A stretch of DNA of 64,000 nt from Naegleria gruberi (lineage: Eukaryota), in NCBI GenBank assembly GCA_000004985.1, contig GG738848.1, one strand, 5' to 3'. Each line of letters opens with the position of its first letter. Positions within the stretch are counted from its first letter, which is position 1. The notes beneath the pieces are model-generated. The model did not search any database. It saw only the letters and a program-made list of their open reading frames with translations, and was not told the DNA's origin. Shown piece after piece: positions 35,346 through 47,258 of this stretch. A program made the position numbers and the translations under genes.

Positions 35346-37520
35346 ATGACAACATTTATTATTGCATTAATTTTATTTATTCTACTTTCTACTTGTTTAG
35401 TTTTATATTTGTGGTTTAGACCAGATGAAGATGATGATCATTATATTCCTAATACCAGAAGAACTACTAGAACCACAACTAAAACAAAATCATCAACAGG
35501 ATCATTAAAGTCTTCATCACCAATTAACTCCGATTCAATCATTAAACAAGAAGAAGAAAAACAACAATTAATTAATGATAACAATGATGATGATATTATG
35601 ATTGATGATTTTGTTTATATTAAAAATTCATTCAACAATGGAAAATATAATATTAATAATAGTAATAGTAATAATAATAATACAACAACAATAACAATAT
35701 TTAATAATAGTATTAATAATATTGTAAATTTTAAAAATAGTAAAATGGAAGATTCAAATTTAATATTAAAAAAATTACATTTACGTAATTTAAATAATAT
35801 TGAAAATATTAAATTTGAAACTGATAATATTCCATTAATAGAAACTTTTAAAAATATTGAAAAGTCAACTGGTGATGAAATTAAAAATAACAAATTATTA
35901 ATATTTGAAACTATTATTAGAGGTTATTTAATTAGAAATAGATTTAAAAATATTAATTTATTACATTCCAAAATTAGAAATTATTTATGTAAAAAATATT
36001 TTAATTATAATTTAAATTTAATTAAAAATGTTCAAAGTAAATGTTTTACTAAACATGTTAAAAATAATTTTATAAATCAATTGGAAAATATTAAAAATAT
36101 TCAAAGTGCTTTAAATGGAAATTTAGAAAGAATTAAATTTAATGAAAAAATTGAAAAATCTAAAAATTTAATTTGCAAATTAAAATCAATTAATTTTAAA
36201 AATAATTTAAAAATTGATTTAAATAGAATTATCAACTTGCAATCTATAATTAAAACTTATTTACAAAATAAGAAAAAGAATAATTTAATTAAATCTATTG
36301 AAATGATTCAAAATTATATTAATTGTAACAAAATTAGAAATAATTCTAAAATGGAAATTATAAATATTGAAAATAATTTACCATTTATTATTTCTATATT
36401 TGAATCAAATCAAATTAGAAAAGATTTTAATAATCAAAAATATAAAATTAAAATAATTCAAAATTTATTAAAATCTTTCAAAAATAGAAATGAATTTAAA
36501 TTTAAAATTGAAAATATAAAAATAATTCAAGGATTAATTGAATCTGTCAAAAATAGAAATGAATTTAAACATGAAATTGAAAATACTTTAATTATTCAAT
36601 CAATTATTAGAACATTTTTAGCAAATTCACAAAAATTAGAATTAAATAATAATTTTAATAATTTGATTAAAAATATTAAAATAATTAAAGAATCAAATGA
36701 AATTAGAAATAATTTTAAAAATAATTTAATTAATGTTAAATTGATACAATATTTTTTAAAATCTAAAATTGAAAGAAACAATTTTAATCAAGATTTATTA
36801 AAAATTATAAATTTACAATCTTTAATTCGTAAACATTCCCAAATTAGGGAATATAACAAATCAATTCAAAAAATATTAACATTACAATCTAAAATTAGAA
36901 ACTTTGAATTTAAAAGAGATCATTTTGAAGAAATTGAAACATTTAAAATTCCAAATATGGAATTTGAATTAAATTTTTATTCCAATTATCCTAATATGGA
37001 AATTTACATATTTGCACTATCTAAAATTAAAAAACATTTCGATTGTGAAATTTCCTTAGAAAAAGGTCATAAATTAAAAGGATTTTCAGAAATTAAATTT
37101 AATGGAATTGAAAATGGATTAAAAATTAATTTAAATGAATTTAAATGTGATGAAATTTTTATTTGTACAAAATTTTATTGTAATTTAATGAAAATGAAAA
37201 TTGAAAATCAAGATTTTAAATATATTCCATTTAAGGAACTTTTAAAATTACATTCAAATCATGTTTATATTTATAAAAATGATGAAAATGAATGGAATAT
37301 GAAAATATTAAATTATAATACTAGTAAGAGATTTAATTTAACATCTATTCAATATTATAAACAATTTAAATTATTACAAAATAGTAATAATAATTTAATA
37401 GTTAATAATAGTACTAATACTACTAATACTACCAATGAAACAACATCAGAAGAAGCAACACCAGTAATTGAAAGTGATACTACTACCATCAATCAAGAAG
37501 AAAATACAAATGATGAATAA
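35346..37520 (+). CDS. Membrane-anchored IQ-motif repeat protein (724 aa): N-terminal transmembrane helix followed by at least 10 IQ calmodulin-binding-like motifs.
   Basis: 'MTTFIIALILFILLSTCLVLYLWF' TM segment. Repeated IQxxxRGxxxR-like units: 'IIRGYLIRNRFKN', 'IQSALNGNLERIKF', 'LQSIIKTYLQNKKK', 'IQNLLKSFKNRNEFK', 'IQGLIESVKNRNEFK', 'IQSIIRTFLANSQK', 'IQYFLKSKIERNNF', 'LQSLIRKHSQIREY', 'LQSKIRNFEFKRDHF'. A-rich start aaaaaaaATGACA. Confidence 0.65.
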   Translation: MTTFIIALILFILLSTCLVLYLWFRPDEDDDHYIPNTRRTTRTTTKTKSSTGSLKSSSPINSDSIIKQEEEKQQLINDNNDDDIMIDDFVYIKNSFNNGKYNINNSNSNNNNTTTITIFNNSINNIVNFKNSKMEDSNLILKKLHLRNLNNIENIKFETDNIPLIETFKNIEKSTGDEIKNNKLLIFETIIRGYLIRNRFKNINLLHSKIRNYLCKKYFNYNLNLIKNVQSKCFTKHVKNNFINQLENIKNIQSALNGNLERIKFNEKIEKSKNLICKLKSINFKNNLKIDLNRIINLQSIIKTYLQNKKKNNLIKSIEMIQNYINCNKIRNNSKMEIINIENNLPFIISIFESNQIRKDFNNQKYKIKIIQNLLKSFKNRNEFKFKIENIKIIQGLIESVKNRNEFKHEIENTLIIQSIIRTFLANSQKLELNNNFNNLIKNIKIIKESNEIRNNFKNNLINVKLIQYFLKSKIERNNFNQDLLKIINLQSLIRKHSQIREYNKSIQKILTLQSKIRNFEFKRDHFEEIETFKIPNMEFELNFYSNYPNMEIYIFALSKIKKHFDCEISLEKGHKLKGFSEIKFNGIENGLKINLNEFKCDEIFICTKFYCNLMKMKIENQDFKYIPFKELLKLHSNHVYIYKNDENEWNMKILNYNTSKRFNLTSIQYYKQFKLLQNSNNNLIVNNSTNTTNTTNETTSEEATPVIESDTTTINQEENTNDE

Positions 37521-37750
37521 AAAGCATTGCTACCAAATAATATTAAGATCATCATGCTGTTGATAAAGGTCAAGGCTTGTTGAAAAATTATTGTGTGTAT
37601 TGGGTTGATGCTTGATCTTAAGAAGTTGACGAGTTTGAAAGACAAGTCATCACCTGTTTGACGAAGGCTTTGAAAAATCAAACTTCTTTCACAATTTTTT
37701 TAATTTTTTTTAAAAAAAACCTTCAAATCTTCATCATTGTACCATAAAAC

Positions 37751-39454
37751 ATGTCCCAACAACAATTGGAAACACTTGTATCTCGTTTGGAAAGTGCCGT
37801 CTCCAAATTGGAACACTTAAAGTTCAGTGGTGCTTCTTCATCATCTGATGATTCTGCTACTGGTGAAGCTCCATCTGTTGGTGCTTTCAAGGAATACTTG
37901 AATACCAATGTTAAGCCTCTCGTTGATACTTGTACTACAATCGGTGCTGAATGTGCTAAGGGTGTAAGTAGTTTGTTATTATTATCAACAGATGTTCTAA
38001 ATAGTAATTTATTATTAATTTGTTAATACATATCATTATTTGAAAATTGATGATAAAATTGATCTTTATTTGATCACTATTTATTATTACAATATGCATC
38101 ATCATCATCATCTCAACTAATATTAAATCTTGATGATCAATAACATGTTAAAAACAATAATAACATCTTATAATAATAGGGTGAATTTATTAACAATGCT
38201 TTCAATGAAATGTTAAAAATCGTCACATTGGCTAGTAATAATAAGAAGCCATCTGATGAAGAATTTGGTAAGATTTTGAGTGGTTTGGCCAAGATTTTGA
38301 AAGATTCTGGAGATTATCGTTTCAAGAATAACAAATCTGAATTCTACAATCACTTGTATTCTATTGAAGAAGGTTTGAAGTGTTTGGTTTGGCCAACAGT
38401 TCCTGCTCCTGTTTCTTATGTTAAGGAAACTGTCAATTCTGCTCAATTCTACAATAATAAGATTTTGATGGGTTATAAGAATACTGATAAGGTTGAATTG
38501 CACAGAGGTTTTGTTAGTCAATTCAAGACTGCTATTGAAGAATTATCTGTCTATGTTAAGGAATATCACATGACTGGTTTATCTTGGAATGCTAAGGCAA
38601 CCACTGTTGCTACTGCTGCTGCTTTGAATGGTCAAGTAGCAACTCCAACTGCTACTCCATCTGTTCCTTCAACTCCATCAGTTGGTGGTGGTGTTCCTCC
38701 TCCTCCATCAAAGATTATTCCAGTTAGTGAAGATTTGATTAAGAGTACTTCTAGTGCTAAGCAAGATTCATCAAGTGGTAGTGCTGGTGCTTTGTTCGCT
38801 GAAATTGCTGCTAGAAAGGATAATGCTAGTGTTGGTTTGAAGCACGTCACTAAGGACATGAAGACTAAGAATCAAACTGATAAGCCACCTGCAATCGTTC
38901 CAGGTTCTACTACTGCTACTCCAAAGTCTGGTGTTGTTGGTGGATCAACTGCTCAAAAGAAGGGTACTCCAAAGTTTGAAAAGGATGGTTCTGGTAAGAA
39001 ATGGCAAGTTGAATGGCAATCAGGTGCTCATGATTTGAAGATTACTGATACTGCTTTGAATCAATCTGTTTACATGTACCAATGTAACGATACTATGCTT
39101 GAAGTTTCTGGTAAGGTCAATAACATTGTTCTTGACAAATGTACAAAGACTTGTCTCATTCTTGACAATGTTGTCAGTGGTATTGAATTGGTCAACTGTA
39201 AGAGTTGTCAAGTTCAAATTAGAGGTGCTGCTCCAATCCTCTCCATTGATAAGACTGATGGTATCATTGTTTACTTGTCTAAGGAAGCTATCAACTGTAG
39301 AGTTGTTTCTGCCAAGTCCTCTGAAATGAACATTTGTGTTCCTGATTTGGATACTGAAGATGATGTAATTGAAATTCCACTCCCAGAACAATTCGTTCAC
39401 ACTTTCGATCCAAAGACCAAGAAGTTCAATACTGATATGATGAAGCACGAATAA
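37751..39454 (+). CDS. cap: Adenylyl cyclase-associated protein (CAP/Srv2), actin-monomer binding. Exons 37751..37963 and 38180..39454.
   Basis: N-terminal 'LETLVSRLESAVSKLE' (CAP oligomerisation helix), poly-Pro 'GGGVPPPPSK', WH2-like 'ALFAEIAARK'. The C-terminal CARP beta-helix '[82 protein letters not shown]' aligns to human CAP1 '[80 protein letters not shown]'. Intron GTAAGT..AATAG (216 nt), phase 0. Confidence 0.85.
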
Positions 39455-39456
39455 AT

Positions 39457-42400
39457 TTATTCCATGTCAATTGATTCTCTCAAATAGTCATATAATTTCT
39501 TTGCATTCTCTTTCGATTGCATAATATCACTCAAATCTGAAACACTCATATCTGCCAACTCGTATAAATTCGTAACAGAATTAATAATTCTTGGCATATT
39601 TTCAACTGTTACACCTGGCAGACGAGCAAGAAATTCAATAGCTTGATTAGAGCTTTCATTTTCCTCCACATGCTCACTCGTACCAATAGCCTGAGCTAAA
39701 GAAACATCAGGTTCATAATCTTCCTCATTCTCTTCCATATCATAGTCATTATATTGTAAAACTTGATGTTTCATCATGTAGAAGAATTTACCAGTTGCTG
39801 CTGGTGTTCTTGAATAAGCAATTTTCAATTTTGGAAAATGGAGTGCTGTTAAGACAAGTTTTGTCATTATTGATTTTTCTTCAATTTTACCATCCTCATA
39901 TGAATAAAATCCAGAGTAAGGATCAGGTAACACAAATGCTTCATCTTGTTCAAATTGAATTAAAAGAACAGCATGTTTGTAATATTTGATCATTTTCTCT
40001 GATTGTTGAAATAATCGTCCCGAATTTAAACTTTGCCACAAATCTGTTGTGCTCTTTCTTTCTACACAACAATGTTTTGATACAATATAATCTCCCACCG
40101 ATATTTGAATTGGAATTACTTTATATCCACTAGAGTTCAATAAAGATGGTAAAGTAGATCTAAATTCTCTTGCATCAATAACAATCTTGGATTTGTTTGA
40201 GTCATTACTTGGTGCAGATGGATTCAATGCAAAATTAAATTCACTAAAATTAACTTGTTGTGAATTACTAATTGCCATATTACCACCTGCTCTTCTTGTA
40301 TCTGAAAATGCTTTTGGTACTAATTTTGAACTTTCCGATTGAATGACTCTTTCTCTTAAATAAATATCTGAAATTAAGGTTTCAATTGTTGGTACTGTTA
40401 AACGTCCATAAGAAACAATTAATTTCTTAAATGCTTCCTTTTCTCTTTCAACTGTTGCTTGATATTGTTTATATTCTACACTATTTCTATCATATGATAA
40501 TAAATAGACATGAAGTGGTATGTATGGATATTTACATTGATAATGTTCAATTCTTCTAATAAATGATAAATCATTTTCATATAAAATTACAAAAGATGGC
40601 ATTAAATCATCTAATATTGTACTTGTATCATATAGTGAATGAATTAAAAGTTGCATTTCTTTTGGTTCATTCAATTTTTTAACAACCTTATCTGGAATTA
40701 TTTCAAAATATTCATCAATTGGATGTTTTTTTAGATTCATAATCACATCATTATCAAGATCATGATTGGAATTATCATCATTGCTATCTACTGATGGAGG
40801 TGGTTTAAAATCTTCAAATTTTTCATCCTCATCTTCGTTTTGAACTTTTTCATCATCACTATCAATTTCATAAACAAGAATTGATTCTTCCAATTTACTC
40901 TTTTCAATTTCCTCTTGATTTTCTTCAAAATTTGAAACATGTTGACTTAATAAATCCAATTCACTATTTTGTAATGATTTTCTTTTAACTCCCTTCTTTT
41001 TCTTTGATTCTCCAAGTTTTTCTTCTTTCTGTTTATCAATTTTTCGTTGTTGTTTCCTAATTTGTGGACCAATTAATTTATGAATTAATCTATTTAATAG
41101 AGTTTTACCACCTAATTCTAAGTAAGTTCTTATTTGTGAACAAGTTTTTTCATTAGAAGCTAAAATTAAAACTCTTCCATTAATATTTGGATTGTTATTA
41201 TTTTGAATAGTTTCATATATACTTTCAATAGTATTTTCTAATTGTTTCCATTTTGGATTTTCTTCTAAATGAAATTGAATGGAATCAACTGATACATATG
41301 GATCTATTGTTCTATTACTTTCCATTTGAGTTAGAGTTTTTTGTTTTTTTAGAGGTGATTTAACCTTATTTGATGAAACTGTATATATTCTATCTTTGGC
41401 ATATTGATAAATATCAGATGCAGTATCAGTTGTTAACCATGTTGAAGATGGTATTCCACTTTTACCATCTGATAATCTTAATGTTTCTAAATAATCATAA
41501 AATGTAACACAATCATAATTTAACAAGTAAAATAGTAAACTTCTCATTACTTTTAAATCTTCAATATGTTTCTTTGATTGGTGTCCAATTCTATTCCAAA
41601 TTGGTTTTAATTGATGTGTTATAATTTTATGAAAACTCTTAAAATAACAATCTTCTATTTTAATTTCACTCAAATCCAACTGAATATATGATTCAATGGT
41701 TAATATTTTCAATTATTTCATATTAATAACATACAGATGGATTATTCTTTTTTAAAGAATTAATTGCAGTTGTAATAATATCAATAATAGCATTTTCAAT
41801 TAATCTCATTTTTTGTGACATGGGTACAATAATTTCCTTTACAATTGGTTGATATTTCATTAGAGATTGTGAAACTTCCAAATCAAAACGTGGTTTAAAT
41901 TCAACTCTATCAATAAATAATAATCTCATTAATTGTTCCATTCTTGAAAAACCTTTTGTTAATTCTTCAGCATTTTCAGTAAAAGCTTTAACAAAAGCAT
42001 CCATTGAATTTGATAATCTAAAAACACGTAATATAAATGATTCAGTTGATTTATCAGTAATTTCATGTGCATTTAACACTACAATTCCACTAACATGTTT
42101 AATTGGTACTTTATCATTCAATAAATCAACAATTAAAATTCTACTCGTAATAAATAAACATCCACCTTGATTATATAATTCAACTCTTTCATTAATTGTA
42201 AAAGTTGATGTAATTGATTTTGGTAAATTTTCAATTTTAATTAAACCACTCTCTAATAATAATTGTTTAATTAATTCTTCTTCATAGGGTTTAGAATTAA
42301 TAATTAAAACTAATTGTGATGGATCACAAAATTTCCTAAGAAAATGTGTTATCATAATTTCAATTCCTAATCCTTTAGCCATTAATAAAAGTAAATTCTT

Positions 42401-42592
42401 ATTCTCCTCTGAAAATAATTTTAATAATAAATTACTTTGATAATTATTTAATATATTTATAGAATTAATAGAATTAGTAAATCGTTTTTGATTATTGCTT
42501 GTTGTATCATTGTTGGGTGTTATTTGTTCAATAATTAAATTATTCCGATCCATTGATGGTGATGAAATGGAACGGTTGTTTGATTGTTGCAT
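39457..42592 (-). CDS. ercc4: XPF/ERCC4 (Rad1) structure-specific DNA repair endonuclease. Exons 41735..42592 and 39457..41679, joined across a 55-nt intron 41680..41734.
   Basis: N-terminal helicase-like 'LLMAKGLGIEIMITHFLRKFCDPSQLVLIINSKPYEEE' (human '[37 protein letters not shown]'). Nuclease domain 'IVIDAREFRSTLPSLLNSSGYKVIPIQISVGDYIVSKHCCVERKSTTDLWQSLNSGRLFQQ' (human '[61 protein letters not shown]'). Terminal HhH2 'LARLPGVTVENMPRIIN'. The two listed ORFs are offset by 1 nt. The GTATGT donor after '..KKNNPS' and the TTCAG acceptor before 'LDLSEIKIEDCYF' restore alignment to human '[20 protein letters not shown]'. Confidence 0.85.
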
Positions 42593-42678
42593 TTTTTTTT
42601 GAGTTCGATCAAGTGCTGGAATTGAAGATGGTGAAGTACATTGCTTCCAACTGAGTAGAGTGAATAATTATTTGTTGT

Positions 42679-44826
42679 TTATTGTTTCTTCTTATTGAGT
42701 CTTCTTCGCACTAGGAATCCTCTAACTTCTTTTTGGATAACAACTGCTGCATGATTTTTACAAGTATTAACAGCTATTGTGAGTGCATCTTGTGAGGCTA
42801 ATCTTTTAGAAGGAATTGGATCAAGCCCTCGGGAAAGAAGATCTATCAGAGGTTCAACAAAGTGGTGATTACACTTCTTTTTACCATGTTTGGCAATACG
42901 AGAAAAGTGATGGTTTTCTTTAAGGTTTTCTTCCCATAATTTTTCAAATTCTTCTTTCGATGTTATCTTGGCTTGAAGATTGATTTTCTTTTTGCTTAAA
43001 ACTTCGAATAATGAATAACAAATACTGTAAACATCAATAGTATTTGAAGCTGGTTGGCCTTCATTGTGTTCTGGAGGAAGATATCTCATAGTACCCCCAA
43101 TCACAGGATCATTAACCTTTACAGAGAACCCAAAATCAGCCAATCTAATTCCATCTTGTGATATTAAAATGTTTTGTGGTTTTACATCTGAATGAACGTA
43201 TCCAGTTGAATGAACAAGATGCATTGCATTCAGTAAATCAACTACTAATTTCAAATATTTGAGTGGTTTCATATATTTGACCTTCTTTCCTTTTGTACCA
43301 ACAAAACTAATTTGTTGAGTAAAAAGATCTCCATATTTACAATATTCCATTACTAGTACATTACAAAGAGATTTCTTGTTTGAATCATCTACTTCCTCAT
43401 AAGAAAAATAGTCCAACATTTGAATAATATTCTTATGTTTGAACAGTTTTAGACATTCCACTTCTCTATCAAAATCTCTTTGGGCTCCATCTTTGTATTT
43501 TTTAAGCACGCAAATCTCATTAGTTTCCTTTTTAGTGGCAAGAAAAACAATAGCTGAAGCGCCATCACTCAGTCTCGTTGTTACTTGATAGGAATCCTTC
43601 TTTTTCAAACCCTCCTCAAGATCCTTACTATTCTTCTTTGTAAACAGTGCTGTAAATGGTTTGATGAGAGCCTTCCAAGACCTTGATTTCTTCTCACTGG
43701 TGGATGTTGAACTACTTGACGAAGTTGTTGAGCTTGACGTACTGGTTTCTCTTTTACCAATAGAAAAAGCTCTTGTTGTTTTGGTTTTCTTTTGTGCTTG
43801 TCTTGGCATCAAATCTTCCTCGTCACTTTCTATTAATCCTAACCTTTCTCGGCATTTATCTAAAACTGAAATAATTTCTTCAATATTTGGTCTCTTTTCT
43901 GGTTCAACTGAAATACATTGCAGAGCAAGATTCAACAGTTTTTGAATAGTTACTTCAATAGTAATATCAATTGATGATAAATCAGTTAGAGCTCTTTGAG
44001 CCTTGTCTTTCACAAATTGTAATTCGTTTTTCCAATTTTGAGGGTCCAACATTTTGGCATCTATTTCTTCATTACACAAAATACTCAAAATCATAGTACC
44101 AAGCATATGAACATCGTTCGATGGTTCAAAATCATTATCACTTTCATATGCTTCCCTTGAGTAATAAGTGACATGTTCATCATTCAAAGTCTCCTTAATG
44201 GTTTCAATTCCAAAACTTGGAATTTGAAGTAAAACCTCTCCATCATACATTCCTTCAATACTCTTAGCAAGAATTAAAATGTTCTTTGGAAGAATGCTGT
44301 TGTGGCTAATGTTTGCATCGTGCAATTCTTGTACTGACATACACAAGTCAAAGAAAGTTCTTGTGACGAATTGGGCTTTGGATTTTTTAGTTTTAAGATA
44401 TTGGTTATTGTACATAATACTTTCCAAGCTGATGATTGGTCCATCCCAAGTTTGTAAAGTTGAAGTTTTGATGTTACATTTAGCATCTTTTGCTGAAGTA
44501 AAGTACAAATTTCTCGTCAATCCTCCGTTTGTAATTTTTTCGAAAACACCATCAATTTGGATGTTGTATTGCGATCTTAAACTTGCTTGAATATACCTTA
44601 AGAGTTTTTCCTCTAGTTTGGCACTCTTTTCAATCCTGGAATCCAATATAGATTGAGAAAAAACAAAAACATTTTTCGAAATCTTATCATCACTAAAAAC
44701 CGGAACATGAACATTGGTTGGATAGGAATCTTGATAGATAAGATCTAAACCAATTTTATCATCGCCCATCAACAATTTCTGAATCATTACTTCATAGGAT
44801 TGTATAGTCCCATTATTTGATTCCAT
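42679..44826 (-). CDS. Tandem pseudokinase / Ser-Thr protein kinase with C-terminal IQ motif (715 aa).
   Basis: C-terminal domain has 'ICVLKKY' (beta3 Lys), 'VHSDVKPQNILI' (catalytic loop, non-RD), 'LADFGFS', 'YLPPEH'. N-terminal domain is kinase-like but degenerate: 'ISHNSILPKNILILAKS' (HRD replaced by HNS, catalytic Asp lost), 'DVHMLGTMILSIL', 'EPEKRPNIEEII'. C-terminal 'AVVIQKEVRGFLVRRRL' is an IQ motif. A Ser/Thr-rich linker separates the two domains. Confidence 0.75.
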   Translation of the reverse strand: MESNNGTIQSYEVMIQKLLMGDDKIGLDLIYQDSYPTNVHVPVFSDDKISKNVFVFSQSILDSRIEKSAKLEEKLLRYIQASLRSQYNIQIDGVFEKITNGGLTRNLYFTSAKDAKCNIKTSTLQTWDGPIISLESIMYNNQYLKTKKSKAQFVTRTFFDLCMSVQELHDANISHNSILPKNILILAKSIEGMYDGEVLLQIPSFGIETIKETLNDEHVTYYSREAYESDNDFEPSNDVHMLGTMILSILCNEEIDAKMLDPQNWKNELQFVKDKAQRALTDLSSIDITIEVTIQKLLNLALQCISVEPEKRPNIEEIISVLDKCRERLGLIESDEEDLMPRQAQKKTKTTRAFSIGKRETSTSSSTTSSSSSTSTSEKKSRSWKALIKPFTALFTKKNSKDLEEGLKKKDSYQVTTRLSDGASAIVFLATKKETNEICVLKKYKDGAQRDFDREVECLKLFKHKNIIQMLDYFSYEEVDDSNKKSLCNVLVMEYCKYGDLFTQQISFVGTKGKKVKYMKPLKYLKLVVDLLNAMHLVHSTGYVHSDVKPQNILISQDGIRLADFGFSVKVNDPVIGGTMRYLPPEHNEGQPASNTIDVYSICYSLFEVLSKKKINLQAKITSKEEFEKLWEENLKENHHFSRIAKHGKKKCNHHFVEPLIDLLSRGLDPIPSKRLASQDALTIAVNTCKNHAAVVIQKEVRGFLVRRRLNKKKQ

Positions 44827-45295
44827 CTTGTTTAAAGCAGTAGTGAAATAAAGAAACTTGGCAGATAGGTAACTGACTATATAAAACCAACAACAATAAA
44901 AACAACGCCCCTTATAATGATGAGGTTATTTTTTAAGGATGAAAAAATTGTTCTCTTCAGTTTGACTTGGCACTAACCATCTGCCCTACCATCAAAGCCT
45001 TTTATTTTTCCCGCTCTCTTAGAGCCCTTGGAGAGATGAACACGAACTATGAAGTGGAGCTGAATAAAATTCTTTCTTCGCAATTAAGGTCTCATGACCA
45101 TTGAACCTCTTTTTAAGGTTTCATCTATGTTGGAATATTGCATAATGATCTGGGAACTCTCAACGAAATTCAACGTTTTTCAACTTTAATTCTAAATTCA
45201 TTGATTTTAATATTTGAATGTTAATACTTGATTTACAAAATATTTCATCATTAATATCATTATTATTAATAAATTTAATAATATTATAAAATTTA

Positions 45296-46720
45296 TTAAG
45301 CATGATTCTTTGTATGTAAACCCTCTTTTAAAATTGTCATTTTCACATCATCAAAAACATGTCTAACATTATCAGTATCAGTGGCACATGTAACATGAGT
45401 ATAAAGTCTATTGGGTTCACCTTCTCGTACTAATTTTTTAAATTTTCCAGTAATAAATTCAACTGATTCATCAAAATTATTTCCATCTCCTTTAAAATCG
45501 GGAAAATAGGTTGAAATTGGATTCTTTTGAATTTTCTTCTCAAATAAATCTCTCTTATTGAAAAATAACAGTATTGATGTATGTTTAAAGTATTGATTAT
45601 TGGCAATTTCTTCAAAAATAGCAAGTGATTCTTGCATTCTATTGGTTTTATCATCTTCATAACATGTTTGATCATATTCTGATAGAGCTACAACAAAAAG
45701 TAGACATGTTACACTCTCAAAACAATGTATCCATTTTTTACGTTCTATATTTGGTAATTATTATTATAATATAATGATGATGATGATGATGATGATGAAA
45801 TTATTATGATGATCAATTGTGATCAATTATGCACATGTGAATGTTTATAATTATTGATAATATTATGATCAAATATTAAATATTAAATATTATTGAATAA
45901 TATATGATTAAATATTCAATTTTTTTCAATAATATAATTAACATACCATTTCTTTGACCTCCAACATCTAATAATCTGAAATATAAATTATCAATTTCAA
46001 ATTTACATTCCACAATACCCGTCGTTTTAACTCTACATTTTACAATATCTTCATAGGTTGGTATATATTCACGAGCACTTATACGTTCAATATTTTCAAA
46101 GAAATATTCAGCAGAATCAAATATTTGAAATTCATTTCTTCTATCATAGGCCTATATATATAAAAAAATGTGTGTAAATAGTTAATAGTTTGTGTAATAT
46201 ATTGTAAAGTATTTAAAGTATTGTAAATAGTATTGTAAACTTACAGTCCTTATACCAGAATCATTCCATAATTTTTTAATTGCATCTCCAATATGAGGAT
46301 TAGTATCAAATTCTCTAGCAGCAATTGCTAAATTTGGATCAAGTGATTTAATTTTCTCAGCAATTTTCATATTTTCTTCATTATCAAATTTAATTTGAAA
46401 TCGTGAAGTTCCATCAATTAATCTTAAACAATTTAAAATGACATTTCCTCTGACAAGTGGCACATATGATTCAACTTCCTCACTTGTAAACCCATTCAAA
46501 TGAATAATTTTAATTTGTTCTAGATAATAAATTAAATTAATTTTAGATGTAATATTAATTACATACTAAATAATGTTGACTTTCCCGATTCTCCACTTCC
46601 GAGAAGAAGTAATTTAATTTCCTTGTTTTGTAAGAGAGCTTGGTTTCGAATATCTTCAGCAATTTTCTTGTTTTTAGCTCTTGCTAGACTTGGATCTTCA
46701 TTCTTTCCACCACAAACCAT
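45296..46720 (-). CDS. Heterotrimeric G-protein alpha subunit (360 aa). Exons 46567..46720, 46245..46519, 45947..46151, 45296..45744.
   Basis: All G-alpha boxes are intact: G1 'LLGSGESGKSTLFKQIKIIH', switch I 'RVKTTGI', G3 'DVGGQRNERKKWIHCFE', G4 'FFNKRDLFEKKI', G5 'THVTCATDTDNVRHVFDDV'. Splice sites are GTATGT/GTAAGT..AG with phases 1/0/1 and a total of 361 codons. The N-terminus 'MVCGG' lacks the usual MG(C) myristoylation start. Confidence 0.85.
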
Positions 46721-47258
46721 TTCAATTTATGTTTTATTGTTGTTGTTGTTGTATGATGATGACACAAAATGATGATGATGATGAAATTCTTATTGTTGTT
46801 GTATCCAAACTGAAGATGATGGATAAAAGAGAAATGACAATTTTTTTTAAACAGGTGACATGATGTGCTCGAGAGGGAGATTTTGCTGTTGATCTTTGAA
46901 GGGTTTCTCTTCAATATGTTTCCTTTCATCGCGTTTTAATCATAGATGACAAGAGAGTAGTCGCATTTCAATGCAATTGATAATTATGGTAAGGATTTAA
47001 AAACAGTGATGGTTCAAACCTTGTTATTATTATGAAATGTTGATTTGTTTATTTTCAATGAACCATACGATTGGTTTTTATGGATATCACTTCTATTATC
47101 ATGTTGGTTCAGTTTGATTTGTGGGCTCTAATTTGTTATTGAGAATTATTCGGTTTGCCTAAAGCATTAACAAGAACATCCAAAAACCATTTTGGATGTT
47201 CAAATAGTGTGGTATGGCTTTTAAGGGATAGATGCATGTTGTTAAGAGGTTTGTAAAA

